Shown one piece after another: positions 37,241-48,879 of a stretch of 64,000 nt of DNA. The first letter of the stretch is position 1, and every line of letters starts with the position of its first letter. The position numbers and the translations under genes are program-made. The stretch spans positions 186,064,001 to 186,128,000 of the forward strand of contig NC_086097.1 of assembly GCF_963921235.1 (NCBI RefSeq), read 5' to 3'. The notes under the pieces are model-generated. The model did not search any database. It was not told where the DNA came from and worked only from the letters and a program-made list of their open reading frames with translations. This DNA comes from Mobula hypostoma (Eukaryota).

Positions 37241-39060
37241 CTCTACCACATTGGTTTTCTCTTTTCTATGCCTCCATCTCTTTTTCTACTGATTGACTAA
37301 TCTGATGTGTCACACATGTCTGGCACCAGATGTCATGTCATACTGCACATGCCAAATTACAGCTTTCCTGACTCTCTAACAAATTGTACAGAGACGAGGA
37401 AGGTCTCTCCAGTTTCCTAGTACTAATTCATGACCACTCACTCAACTTCAGGTAAGACAACTCCGCATTTGATCACAGTGGTTTATATGGGGCTAACCAG
37501 AGGTGGCATTGTCTTTTGTAGAAGTATTTTTTTTACGATCGCAAGATCCTGCTAGACATTAAGAACTTAAAGTACGGTAGTTCTACCGCGTCAGCAAGTT
37601 GCTCATTGGCAGGGGAACTGAAGGAGTTGGATTTGGTGCGGATCGTGTTGCTGCCTGCATCAGAGGACTCACTGATTTACTGGTGACGGCGGAGGAGCTG
37701 GTAGACAGGACTGGGCCTCAAGCTGTGGTGTCACTTTTTTACAGCCACTCAGGAGAGAGGGGGTGGAGCTGGTGGAGCACTCCTCTGCAGGCAGTGTGGC
37801 ACAGTCTCCAAGCTGGAGTCCAACATTCACGGACGCAGGGTCTTGGACCATATACTATTTGTGTGCCTGTATTTTACTGATATCTTATATGTGCTTGCTA
37901 TCTCATATGTACCATAAGTGCCCTGAGTTGTGTGTAACTGTTAGCATCGTGTTTTGCACCTTGACCCTGTAATAATGCTGTTTTACTTGACTGTATTCAT
38001 GGGTATTCATGTATGATTGAATTTGATCTTGAACATGAATGATACTCCAACAGTCTTCTTTTGCAGGAAGGTTGGCATGCCCTTCGAGGGCATAGTGACC
38101 TGAGGCTGGAGGTGTGGCATCAGCTCCATTTCATTTTGTCATGGTACTGGATGCTACCACAGCTGCTGATTCAGCCTGTCTGCTTGATACCACTGAAGAT
38201 TTGTGATTATAAATAGACCGACATTTGGAGCCTTGCCACATGTTCTGAATCTCTCTTTACAGTTTAAAAAACTTCTGGACAGACTGTATCAAAATTCTAG
38301 CCCAGTTTATAGATATCATGGTGTCAGAATGCCCCTGATTAGTTGAGGGTGCATATGGACATTTGTATTTTAGTATGTTTCTGCCATTATTGGGTTATAT
38401 ATGTTGATATTTCCAGTTATCATAAAAATGATATATTTAAATATGTTTAATCTCATAAACCAGTGACCTAACAGAAAATGCTGCAGATATTCATTAAGAC
38501 AACAAGTACAATAAGGGAAATAGAATTAATATTTCAGATAGAGGACATTTCTCTGGATGGGTGAGAGAAAACAAAGTTAGTATTAAGTTGAAGAGAATTT
38601 GAGGGAGAAATAGATGGGACAAAGGGTATTCTGCTCTCACTCAAGAATGTTCCACGTTTTCAAAAGCTAGACAAATAGATAACTCCAATCCCAGTGTGGT
38701 TGTAGTTGAAGGTGGTTTTATTATTTACCAACACACTACAGTACGTAAGGAGCCGATGTAAAAAGACAGTACTTGTCAGCGTTCAAACGAAAGACAGGTT
38801 CAAATATTGACTGAAATTCCTTTAACTAATCAATGAAATGTACAAAGATACAAAATGGCTGACCTGATGAGAAAGCTAATTGCTTAAATATGGAATAATG
38901 AGCAATCAACAACAGCTGTGAACCCCACAAGTAAACAGAAAGATCTAGTAATTAGATATAAAATAACAATCCAAATCAGGAAAGACATAACACAGAGAAT
39001 ATTGGTGATAGGGGTGAAGCCAGGGCTGCTATGGAGATGAGTAGTAGTTGATTGGTAAAC

Positions 39061-40735
39061 GATTCAAGATTCAAGATTGCTAAATGTCATTTCCAGTACT
39101 CGAGTGTAAAGGAGAGTGAAATAATTTTTAATCCCGATCTGATGCTACACAAAAAAAGCAAAGAACACACTAATAATAAAAGCACAATAAATGTAAATGA
39201 ATAAGATAGCTTATATACATAGATTAATTGTTTGTCCATAAAGTGACTCTAGGCACAGGAATGTCTGTACATACGGTGACTGACAGAAAATGATAAAGTA
39301 GTGGTGGTGTGAGTTGTAGAGGGGTGAACAGCATTATTTCTTGGGTTTTTCAGTCTGGTGGTCCTGGTGTGAACACAGCATATTCTCCTTCCTGATTCAC
39401 CTCCCAGGGTGGGTAGGATCATTAATGATGTTCCTGACCCTTTTTTAGCACCTCTCTATACATACAGTATGTCCTTCATTGTTGGTAGACTGGTGCCAGT
39501 GATGCATTGGGCAGTCTTGACTACCTGTTGTGGAGCCTTCCTGCAGACCGCACTGCGGTTTTCATACCAAGCAGTGATTTAGCTTGTTAGGATGCTCTCT
39601 ATTGTACACCGGTAGAATAATGTGAGTATGGATGTATCTAGTTCTCTTCTGCCTCCTCTGAAAGGAAAAGGTTATCTACCTGGCACCAGGCCTCAAACTC
39701 CTCCACCTCCTTTCTGTAGCCCATCTAATCTTTGATGGTGATGAGCCCCACTGCTGTCATGTTATTGACAAACTTGACAATGTGATTGCTTCTGACTTCT
39801 CATCTTCTCTCTCCAGTCCTGATGAAAGGTCTCAGCCCGAAACGTCAACTGTTTACTCCTTTCCATAGATGCTGCCTGGCCTGCTGAGTTCCTTCAGCAT
39901 TTTATGTGCGTTGCATCTGCAGATTTTCTCTCAAATGTCATTAACTGGGTGTTTGGCTGTGCAGTCATGTATAGCAATGGGCTCAGTACATAGCCCTGGG
40001 GAACACTCGTGTTGAGGATGATGGGGAGGGAGGAGTGGTTGTGCACTCTGACTACCTGAGGTCTGTTGGTTAGGAAGTCCAACACCCAGCTGCACAGTGG
40101 TGTATTTAGACCGAGGAGTAGGGGTTTGTTCACCAAGGTCTGTGGAATAATAGTATTGAATGCCGAAATAAAATCCAGAATTAGCATTCTGACATAAGTG
40201 TCCTTGATTTCTAGCTGTGTCAGGGCCAGGTATCTAATAGATCTATCTACTGTAGATCAATTCTGTTAGTTAGCATATTGGTAAGTGTGCAATATGGCAG
40301 GAATGAAGTTTTTGACATGTGCCATTACCAGCTGTTCAAAGCACTTCATGATGATTGGCCACTGAGCAGTAGTTGTTTTGTTCTGAAGGTGTAGAGTTCT
40401 TTGGTACAGTGAAGGTGGCTGATTTGAAGCACGTGGGGACAGCAGCCTTGATAGGTGATGCGTTGGAGATACCCGCGAAGACATCAGTCAGCTACTGTGC
40501 TCTCTCGCTGAGTACTTGGCCTGAGAAGTTGTCTGGCCCGTCTGCCTTACAGGGGTTGACCCTCTGCAGAGTCCTTCGCATGTCTGCTGCTGTCGGTGAC
40601 AGTGGCTGCTTACCTGGGAAGGGGTAGCTTTCGAGGCTGGCGTTGCATTGCATGCGTAAAAGTTGTTTAGAACATCAGTGAGGGAGGCATCACTGGTACA
40701 GCCAATGATGTTGTCCTTGTGTCGTCTGACAGATG
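39061..40735 (-). mobile_element. Decayed Rex1-like LINE (RT and 3' UTR)
   Basis: [21 protein letters not shown]...[15 protein letters not shown]...[12 protein letters not shown] (39894-40187). (GATTCAA)n tail at 39061. Confidence 0.8.
39814..39851 (+). ncRNA. Minimal type-I hammerhead ribozyme motif in a Penelope pseudo-LTR (about 39795-39935)
   Basis: CAGTC-CTGATGA-AAGGTCTCAGCCC-GAAA-CGTC-AACTG has intact CUGAUGA and GAAA boxes, a GUC cleavage triplet, stem I (CAGT/ACTG), a short imperfect stem II and a loopless ACGU palindromic stem III. Activity is not shown. Confidence 0.7.
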
Positions 40736-40847
40736 GCAGTTTACAGAGTCATAATACAAACAAAGGACTATAAAATATGAAAAGTAATCAGTGATCCCAG
40801 TAATATCCTATTTGCATATGTTGCCTAACCTTAACTTCTAATGAATG

Positions 40848-41167
40848 TGATGGGTACAGCTAGTAGAGCTGTTGCCTCACATCTTCAATGACTTGGGTTC
40901 AATCCTGATGTGGCCATGTGGGCTTCCCCTGTCTACTCAGTTTTCCTTCTACATCACAGAGGTATGCAGATTGGTACATTGTCTGACTCCTATAAATTGG
41001 ATCCAGTAAGTAAGTGGGAAGTAGAACCTGAAGGGAGTTGCTGGGCGTGTTGTGAGATTAAAAAGTGATTAGCAGAGGATTAATGTAAACGGATGCTTGA
41101 TGACCAGTGTGGACTTGAAAGGCCAAAAGGCCTATTTCTGACATTTATGACTCTCTACCTCTATGAT
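40848..41167 (+). mobile_element. Old HE1-like V-SINE with a CR1-derived tail
   Basis: B-box GGTTCAATCC, a degraded V-domain (ATGTGGGCTTCCCC...CAGTTTTCCTTCTACATC) and tail GGACTTGAAAGGCCAAAAGGCCTATTTCTG...TATGACTCT. Confidence 0.65.
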
Positions 41168-41459
41168 TTAATGTGGTTAAGTCATTAAAGGTTGCATTGC
41201 TCCTTGCAATCTCATGCACAATTAAGCAGAATGATGATTGAGGGTGCTGGAAAGTTCAGGTTACCAAAGGTTACTTTTCCCATATTCTAGATGAAGCTAA
41301 TGCTTTCTTCAACCAATATGTAGACATGGTGCCACTTGATTTTAATGTCTTAAACAATATAACTGCAACATAAAGTGAATAACCAAAATAAATAAATATT
41401 TGACAAACTTTGTTTCAGTAAGGTATTTAATTTTATATATGTAATTATTCATTTTTCAG

Positions 41460-41585
41460 GCTCCTGTCCTCTCTGGCAACCAGCATTTACTGTCCACTAC
41501 AGTCATAAGATGTTTGGAATGTACTAAGAAAAATGTGGATCGGCCTCACAGATTGCGGAAACCTTACCCTGAGCAAATGACTACA
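41460..41585 (+). other. Candidate host exon, 126 nt, phase 0-0, product unidentified
   Basis: Acceptor TTCATTTTTCAG and donor ACA|GTGAGG. Only one frame is open: APVLSGNQHLLSTTVIRCLECTKKNVDRPHRLRKPYPEQMTT. I recognise no repeat here and no protein family. Confidence 0.3.
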
Positions 41586-41602
41586 GTGAGGACAAATAAA
41601 CA

Positions 41603-42870
41603 AAGGTTCAAAGGTTCATTTATTATCAAAGTATGTATCCATATACAACCCTGACATTCGTCTTCTCCATACAGCCATGAAACAAAGAAAGAACATGAAA
41701 GTCATTCAGAGAGAAACATAAACCCCCAATCTCCCTTCCCCCACACAAAAAAGGACGAGAACATCAACCCCAAATCCCCCTCCCCCACACAAAACAGAAC
41801 AAGAACGTCAAGCCCCAAACTCTTTCCCCTCACACAATGAAATGGAACAAGAATGTTGACCCCCAAAAATCCTCCCCTTGCATAACAAAATGGAAAGAAA
41901 TGGTGAAAAACACAGAATATTAAACTATAATCTGAGAAAGTCCACAGTCTGTAAATGCAACAGTTCAATCCATAATGTAGAACCATGGTAACAGCTTCCT
42001 TCACCAACGAAAAGAGAGAAAACACATGAATGCAGACCGGCCTACCTGCCTGTCACAGTGAGCCACACAGCAACAGGCCGCTCACAGACTCCTACTCGGC
42101 AACGATCAAAGGGAAGACAGTTGGTGCTGAGCCCTTGCTTGCCTTCCATGTTTGACTCAATGTCTCAATCTTCCTCGATGCTTTAATTGGCGATTAATTG
42201 ACATTTTAATCAGCAAAATGGAGTCGAACATTGGTTCATGCTTCGTCTCAAAGTTTCTTCACCACGAGGCCGTCTGAGTACGCACTCACTTCCCGGAATC
42301 TTCTTGAAGACAGTGAAGCACTGGATCACACTAAATTTTAGGGTATATAAAATTATGAGGGGTATAGACAGGCTTTTTCCACTGAGGTTGTGTGGGACTA
42401 CATCCAGAGGTCAAGGCTTAAGAGTGAAAGGTGAGAAGTTTAACAGGAAGATGAGGGGAAACTTCTTCACTGAGAGGGTCATGAGAGTGTGAAAATAGCT
42501 GTCAGCACAGGCGGTCCATGTGAGCTCGATTTCAATGTTTAAGAGAAATTGGGATAGGTATATGAATGGTAGGGGTATGGTTCCAGTGTAGGTCAATGAG
42601 AATTGGGAGTTTAAATGGTTTTCGGCATGGACTAGATATACCAAAGGGCCTGTTTCTGAGCTGTACTTCGCTAAGACTCTGTCTCCAGACTGTAAATCAC
42701 AGACTCCAACAGTTTCAGAAACACATTTAAGATGAATAACAGACATAAAAGAAGCAAAATAGATAATTTTGTGGACTTTTCTGGAAGATGTTGACTGAGG
42801 GAGCATAGTATGCTCTCTTCAGTGTGATGATGGGAGTAATGCATCATATCACCACACCAGCTTAATGAGC
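41603..42870 (-). mobile_element. Non-coding element with a Rex1-like tail, containing a minisatellite of about 44 bp (41712-41900) and interrupted by a plus-strand CR1 3' fragment (42338-42680)
   Basis: TTCATTTATTATCAAAGTATGTATCCATATACAACCCTGACATTC at about 41615 matches the Rex1-like tail at 48890-48950. Four units of GAACA.CAACCCC.AA.C.CC.TCCCC.CACAA. CR1 peptide VYKIMRGIDRLFPLR...RGNFFTERV. Confidence 0.6.
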
Positions 42871-43754
42871 AAGAACAACGTGAGAAAGATCGGACTGGAC
42901 ATGGGTGAGCAGAGATGTAAGAGAAGCTGCAGAGATTAAATATTTATGAAATATTGAGGAGACTACACTACTAACTAAAAAGCACCTGAGAAAAGCATAA
43001 AAAGGTGGTCATCCATGACTGTATATTGAAACCTCATATAAGGAGTAAAAGCAATGTTGCATTCCGTCAAATAAACAAAAGTGAAAGACATTACTTAGAC
43101 AATTGAATTGAGAATAGTAAGAACATTTGTCTTCCCAGTAATATTGTGCAGGAATGAAAATTAGATCTTAAGAAAGAGGGAGCAGAAGAATTTATTTGAA
43201 TCAGTGATGGTAAAGGTTGCTTAAACTGCTATTGACAGGAAATACTGAGTTGTTAATTGCAGACCAAAGTCTAACCTTTGCAGAGATACCATGATGGTCA
43301 GGCAGAAACTGATTAATTTTTTAAAAGAAACGTGTTATTTTTTAAAACAAACTCTGCAACAGAAATGATATTTGGTAAATGAGCAGGAAATGGAAGAGAA
43401 GGAAGACAGTAAAGAAGCGACTGACAAATCTTGAGAAGCAGTTTTTGATAGATTGTTTTGGAGAGAGGAGCTTATTGGCTCGCAAAAGTTAGAAGTGTTT
43501 CCATGACTACATATTGTACAAGTAGAGCTGCACATCAAAGAAGCGTATTATGGATTAAAAAGTCAAACAAACTGGTTTTAGTTACCACTCACAGTCATTA
43601 CGTTTAAAGAGTGTTTTCCAGTGCTGCAAGGTCCTGTCTATACATCTACAAAAAGGTCGTATGGCATGATCTGCCTGTATGGCATACACGCAAAAGTTTT
43701 TCATTATTTCTTGGTAAATGTGAAAATAATATTCCATCTCCAATAATATAGTGT

Positions 43755-44530
43755 CATAGAAATGTAGAACTCAGAAACAGGCTCTTTGGCCCATTGCATC
43801 AATCCTGACTATCATGATAATCCATACTGATTCCATTGCCTGTGTTAATTCCACACCCTCTATTCCTCCAGCCGCTTTGTGTGTTGCTCCATGTTCCAGC
43901 AGCTGCAGTCTCTTTTGTCTCAACCCTTCATCATCTTCCTCTCATTTCTACCATCAAGCCAATGTATCCTTTTGGCTCACTCACTCCAGATCTCATGTTT
44001 TCTAATCTGACAGACCACCTACCTTGTCGAAGTCTTTGCTAAAGTCCATGTAGAAAATGTGTGCTGCCCTGCTCTCATCAATCCTCATGACAATCCCTTC
44101 AAAGTATCTCAAATTTGTGAGACATAATTCTTATGCACAATGCCATACTGATAACCCTTAATTAGTTCTTGCCTTTCCAAATGCAAATACATCCTATCTC
44201 TCAAGAATTCCTTTCAATAACTTTCCTGTAACAAGTGTAAGGCTCACTGGCTTATAGTTGCTTGTTGCCCTTCTTAAATAAGGGCACAACATTATTTATC
44301 TTTCTGGTACCTCACCATTGACTAAGGAAGATTCAAAAATCGCTTCTAAGGCCCCAGCAATCTCCTCCCCCACTTCCTGGAACATTCTAGGAAATACCTG
44401 GTCAGGGTTAGTACAATATCCAATATAGCCTTGAAACTAGTGGGTCTGTCCACATAGGATGTCAGGAATCCTTCCTGGATACACCTAAACAATTCATCCA
44501 CCTTTATGAATTTCAGGACTTCCATCACTC
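43755..44530 (-). mobile_element. Old, internally deleted CR1 fragments
   Basis: Degraded RT-region and 3'-tail similarity. MMEVLKFIKVD at 44346-44528. Confidence 0.6.
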
Positions 44531-46748
44531 CTTTGTATTGTTCATAAGCTATAGAAAACGCAAACAGGTTTTCTAAAGTGGTTGAGTAAGATTCATACTA
44601 GGTTGGCAAGGGGATGGGAATCAAAATGTAAGGTGAGGTGATAGAGCTGTTGAGGTAAAGATAGGTGAATTGTGTAGAGAAATTGTGAGGAAGGATAGGC
44701 AGTGGATAGGACTTAGTTCCACGGCTGTTGAAAGGGAAAGAATACTGGAGGAATTGTCTACTAAGTTAATGTTGGTGCGTCAAAAACAGAAAGGCATCAA
44801 TCACTCTATTAGGAGTATTCTATAGTCCCAAATACCAACAAAGAAACTGGGAGCTGATAAGTATGTAGGTTTTGGAAAGGTGCAAAAATAACAGGGTTGT
44901 TGCTATGGGTGTCTTAGACTTCCCTAGTATTGATTAACATCTGCTTAGTGCAAAATGTTTAGATGAGGCAGAATTTGTTAGGTGTGTCCAGGAAGGATTC
45001 CTGATATCCTATGTGGACAGACCAACTAGAGTCAAGGCTATATTGGCTGTAGTACTAAGCAAGGAACCATGTCAGCTAACAGATCTTTCAGTGGGTGAGT
45101 ATTCGGCAGATAGTGACCAAAACTACTTGATATTTACCATAGTCTTGGACAAGGGATGGAAGAAAATGACATGAAAGTATTTAATTAGACAAGGTCTAAA
45201 TATGATGGTATTAGACAGGAACTTGGAGTGTAAATTTGAAACCAATATTCTCAGGGAAGTGCATCGCAGAAATGTGGAGGTTGTTTCAGGAGCACTTGCA
45301 TGCAATTCTGGGTAGGTATGTCCTACTGACACAGGAAAAGGATGATAGGATAAAGGAAGCATGGTTGACAATAGAGCTGAAATATTTAGTCTAGAGGAAG
45401 AAGGAAACATACTTAAGGGTTAGGAAGCAAAAATCAGGCAGGACTCTTGAGAGTTATAAGGTAGCCAGGAAGGACCTTAAGAAGGCACTTAGGAAAGCTA
45501 AGAGGAACATGCAAAGTACTTGATGAGTAGGGTTAAGGAAAACCCCAAGGCGTTCTACAAGCATAGGTGGATGACTAGAGTGAGGGTAGAACCACTCAGG
45601 AATAAAGGGAGAAACATGTGCCTGGAGGCTGAGGAGATAGGAGAGGTCCTTAATGAATAATTTGTTTCAGTGTTCACTAGGGAGAGGGTCTTTGATAAAT
45701 GTGAGGTCAATGTAAAACAATCTAATATACTGGGGAATGTTGAAGTCAAGACAGTGGTGGTTTTGGAGCCCCTGAAAAACATTAGTTATCTAGATAAGTC
45801 TCTGAGGCTGGTTGGGATATACCTGGGTAACTATGGGAAATGAGGGAAAGATCACTGGGGCATGATGATGAACTTTGCATCCTCCCTGGCCACGGCATTG
45901 GAACCGGAGGACTGGAGGATGGCAAATATTGCTCTGTTCAAGAAAGTTAATAGGGATAATTCTAGATATTATAGACCAGTGAATCTTATGTGACAAAGTA
46001 CTGGAGGAGTTTCTTAGGGACAGGATTTATGAGTATGTAGAAGAACATAGTCTTATTCGAGACAGTTATTGTGGCTCACCAACCTGATTGATTTTTTTTC
46101 AAAGAGGTGTCAAAACAAGTAGATGAAGGTAGTGTTGTTGATGTAGTATAGATGGATATTAATAAGGTGTTTGATAAGGATCCCTGTGGTAGGCTCATCC
46201 AGAAAGTCATGAAACATGGGATCCATGGAAACTGGACTGTGTAGAATCAGAATTGGGTAGCCCACAGAAGCCAGGGGGCAGTAGGAGATGGAATGTATTC
46301 TGCCTGGAGGTTGGGGACTAGTAGTGTTCTGCATGGACCTGTTCTAGGATCCCTCTTTGTAATTTTCTAAAATGACCTGAATGAGGAATTGGAGGCGGGG
46401 GGGGGGGGCGCGCGTTGGTAAGTTTGCAGATGATACATAGTTGGAGGTTTTGTGACTAGTATGGAAGTTTGTTGTAGGTTACAAGAGGATATACTGTAGC
46501 TAGGATGCAGATTTGAGCAAAGAAGTGGCAGATAGAGTTCAAGAGAAGTGTGAAGTGATACACATTGGAAGATTGAACATGAAGGTGGAGTAGAAGGTTA
46601 ATGGTAGGATTCTGAGCAGTGTGCAGGAATAGAGGGATCTTGGGGTCTAAGTTCTTAGACCCCTTGAAGTTGCCGCGCAAGATGACAATGTGGTTGAGAA
46701 GGAGTGTGGTGTGCTGCATATTATTACTGGGGGCATTGATTTCAAATG

Positions 46749-47822
46749 CCATGAAATCCACAGATTCACCACTCTCTGGCTAAAGAAATTCTTCCTCATC
46801 TCCATTCTAAAAGGATGCTCCTCTATTCTGAGGTTGTGTCCTCTTGTCTTAAACTCTCCCACCATAGGAAATATGCTTTCCACATCCACTCTATCAAGGC
46901 CTTTCATCATTCGATAAGTTTCAATGAGGTCACTTCTCATTCTTCTGAATTCTAGTGAATACAGGCTCAGAGCTATCAAACGTTCTTCACATGACAAGCT
47001 ATTCAATCCTGGAATCATTTTTGTGAAACTCCTTTGAACCCTCCCAATTTCAGCACATCCTTTCTAAGATAAGGGCCCCAAAACTGCTCACAATACTTCA
47101 AGTGTGGCCTCACCTGTGCTTTATAAAGTCTCAACATTACATCCTTGTTTTTATATTTGAGTCCTCTTGAAATGAATGGTAACATTGCATTTGCCTTCCA
47201 CACCTCTGACTCAATCTGCAAATTAACCTTCAGGAAATCCTACACAAGAACTCCCAAGTCCCCTTGCACCTTGGGTTTTGCATTTTCTTTCCATTTAGAA
47301 AACAGTCAACCTTTTAATATCTCCTACCAAAGTACATGACCATACACTTCTTGAAACTGTATTCCAACTGCCATTTCTTTGCCCATTCTCCTAATTTGTG
47401 TAACTTCTTCTTTAGCCTCTCTACTTCCTCAAAACTACCTGTTCCTCCACCTATCCTTGTATCATCTGAAAACTTTGCCACAAAGCCGTCAATTCTATCA
47501 TCCAAATCATTAACATATAATGGAAAAAGAATTGGTTCCAACATCGACCTCTGTGGAACAGCACTAGTCACTGGCAGCCAATAGAAAAGGCTCCCTTTAT
47601 TCCAACTTTTTGCCTCCTGCCAATCAGCCACTGCTTTATCCATGCTAGAATCTTTCCTGAAATACCATGGGCTCATAGCTTGTTAAACAGCCTCCTTGTC
47701 ACCTTGTCAAAGGCACCTTGTCAAAAGTCTTCTAAAAATCCAAATACACAACATCAACTGATTCTCCTTCGTTTATCCTGCTTGTCAGTTCTTTAAAGAA
47801 TGCTAAGAGGTTTGTCAGGCAG
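46749..47822 (-). mobile_element. CR1 RT fragment lacking its 3' tail
   Basis: ORFs 47314-47676 (KFSDDTR), 47015-47221 and 46647-47018. Confidence 0.88.
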
Positions 47823-47956
47823 AGGACTTCCATTTAAATTGAGTGGGTGAAACTTGAGGGGAGATGCCAGAGGCAGATATTTTTACACAGAGAGTGGTAA
47901 GAACCTGGAATGCACTGCTGGGATAGTGGTAGGGGTTAATACAAAAGTGACATTTA

Positions 47957-48541
47957 TGTACAGGGTTTCTTCTTTGTTGTGTTAAATTTAAAATAGCTTC
48001 TATGTTATGTTAAATGCTGAGAAAGTCTCTAGCTAGACATTTGCTTGGGTTAATACAGATAGCAGAGGTACTATCAGCCAGTGGGTGTCCATGTTATTCT
48101 TTCTTGGTCGATATGCTGTCTCATATGACTGGGAACCAGGGGGTTTTGGCGGGGAGTCGGAGGAGAGATGGTGAGGACGCCGGACGTGCAGGAAAGTTCA
48201 GTTTGATCACTCCGGGTGGTTCCAAGCTGCGAGTCGACGGGGTCAGGGTGGTCCCGAAGAGGGTCCTGAGCTCCAACGCGTACACGAAGAAATTGAACTT
48301 TGATAAGTCTGGCGCCTTTTCCATTCCCTTTTTCTGTATTGAACTTATATTAATTTTATAGACTTTGTAATATCTATAAAGTGTAATTGGTAAAACATAC
48401 AGTGTGTGCTGGCTGATGATTGATGTTTGAAACTGATTTCGGTGGCAGTTGTAGAGCAACTGACAGAACCGGGAGCGTCCAGGCAGGCGGCAGACGGGGT
48501 TTCCCCGAGATATATATGAGCCAATATAGCTGAGCGTTACA
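47957..48541. mobile_element. Solo LTR (family B), 585 bp
   Basis: Termini TGTACA...GTTACA. 4-bp TSD TTTA at 47953-47956 and 48542-48545. Removing it restores the CR1 3' end. Confidence 0.88.
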
Positions 48542-48879
48542 TTTACAAGACCTTTGATGGGCATGTGGATGAAACAAAAATGGAGGATTATAGGCTGTGT
48601 AGAGGGAAGGGTTAGATTCATCATGGAGAAGGATTATAATGTTTGACAAAACATTGTAGTTAGAAGGGCATGTGCAGTGTTGCAGTACCTATGTTGTATA
48701 TTCTAGTATCATTGTTCCCTTCATTGCTCCTGTCCATACATGTAGTAGTGAATGCGATAATACTTTAAGATTAGATTTGAAGCAGGGAGTTTTGCAACAT
48801 TGATTTTCATACAGGAGAGTGATTGAAAGACATTAGAATGTGTTATTTTTCTTAATTGATTAAGTATATTTGAAAGTTA

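Larger units (their letters stand above)
44590..48705 (+). mobile_element. Old CR1 LINE (endonuclease-RT-3' end) interrupted by an antisense CR1 piece and a solo LTR
   Basis: Colinear similarity of 45560-46745 to 23550-24735. The 3' end continues at 47825-47956 and 48542-48705. Confidence 0.8.
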
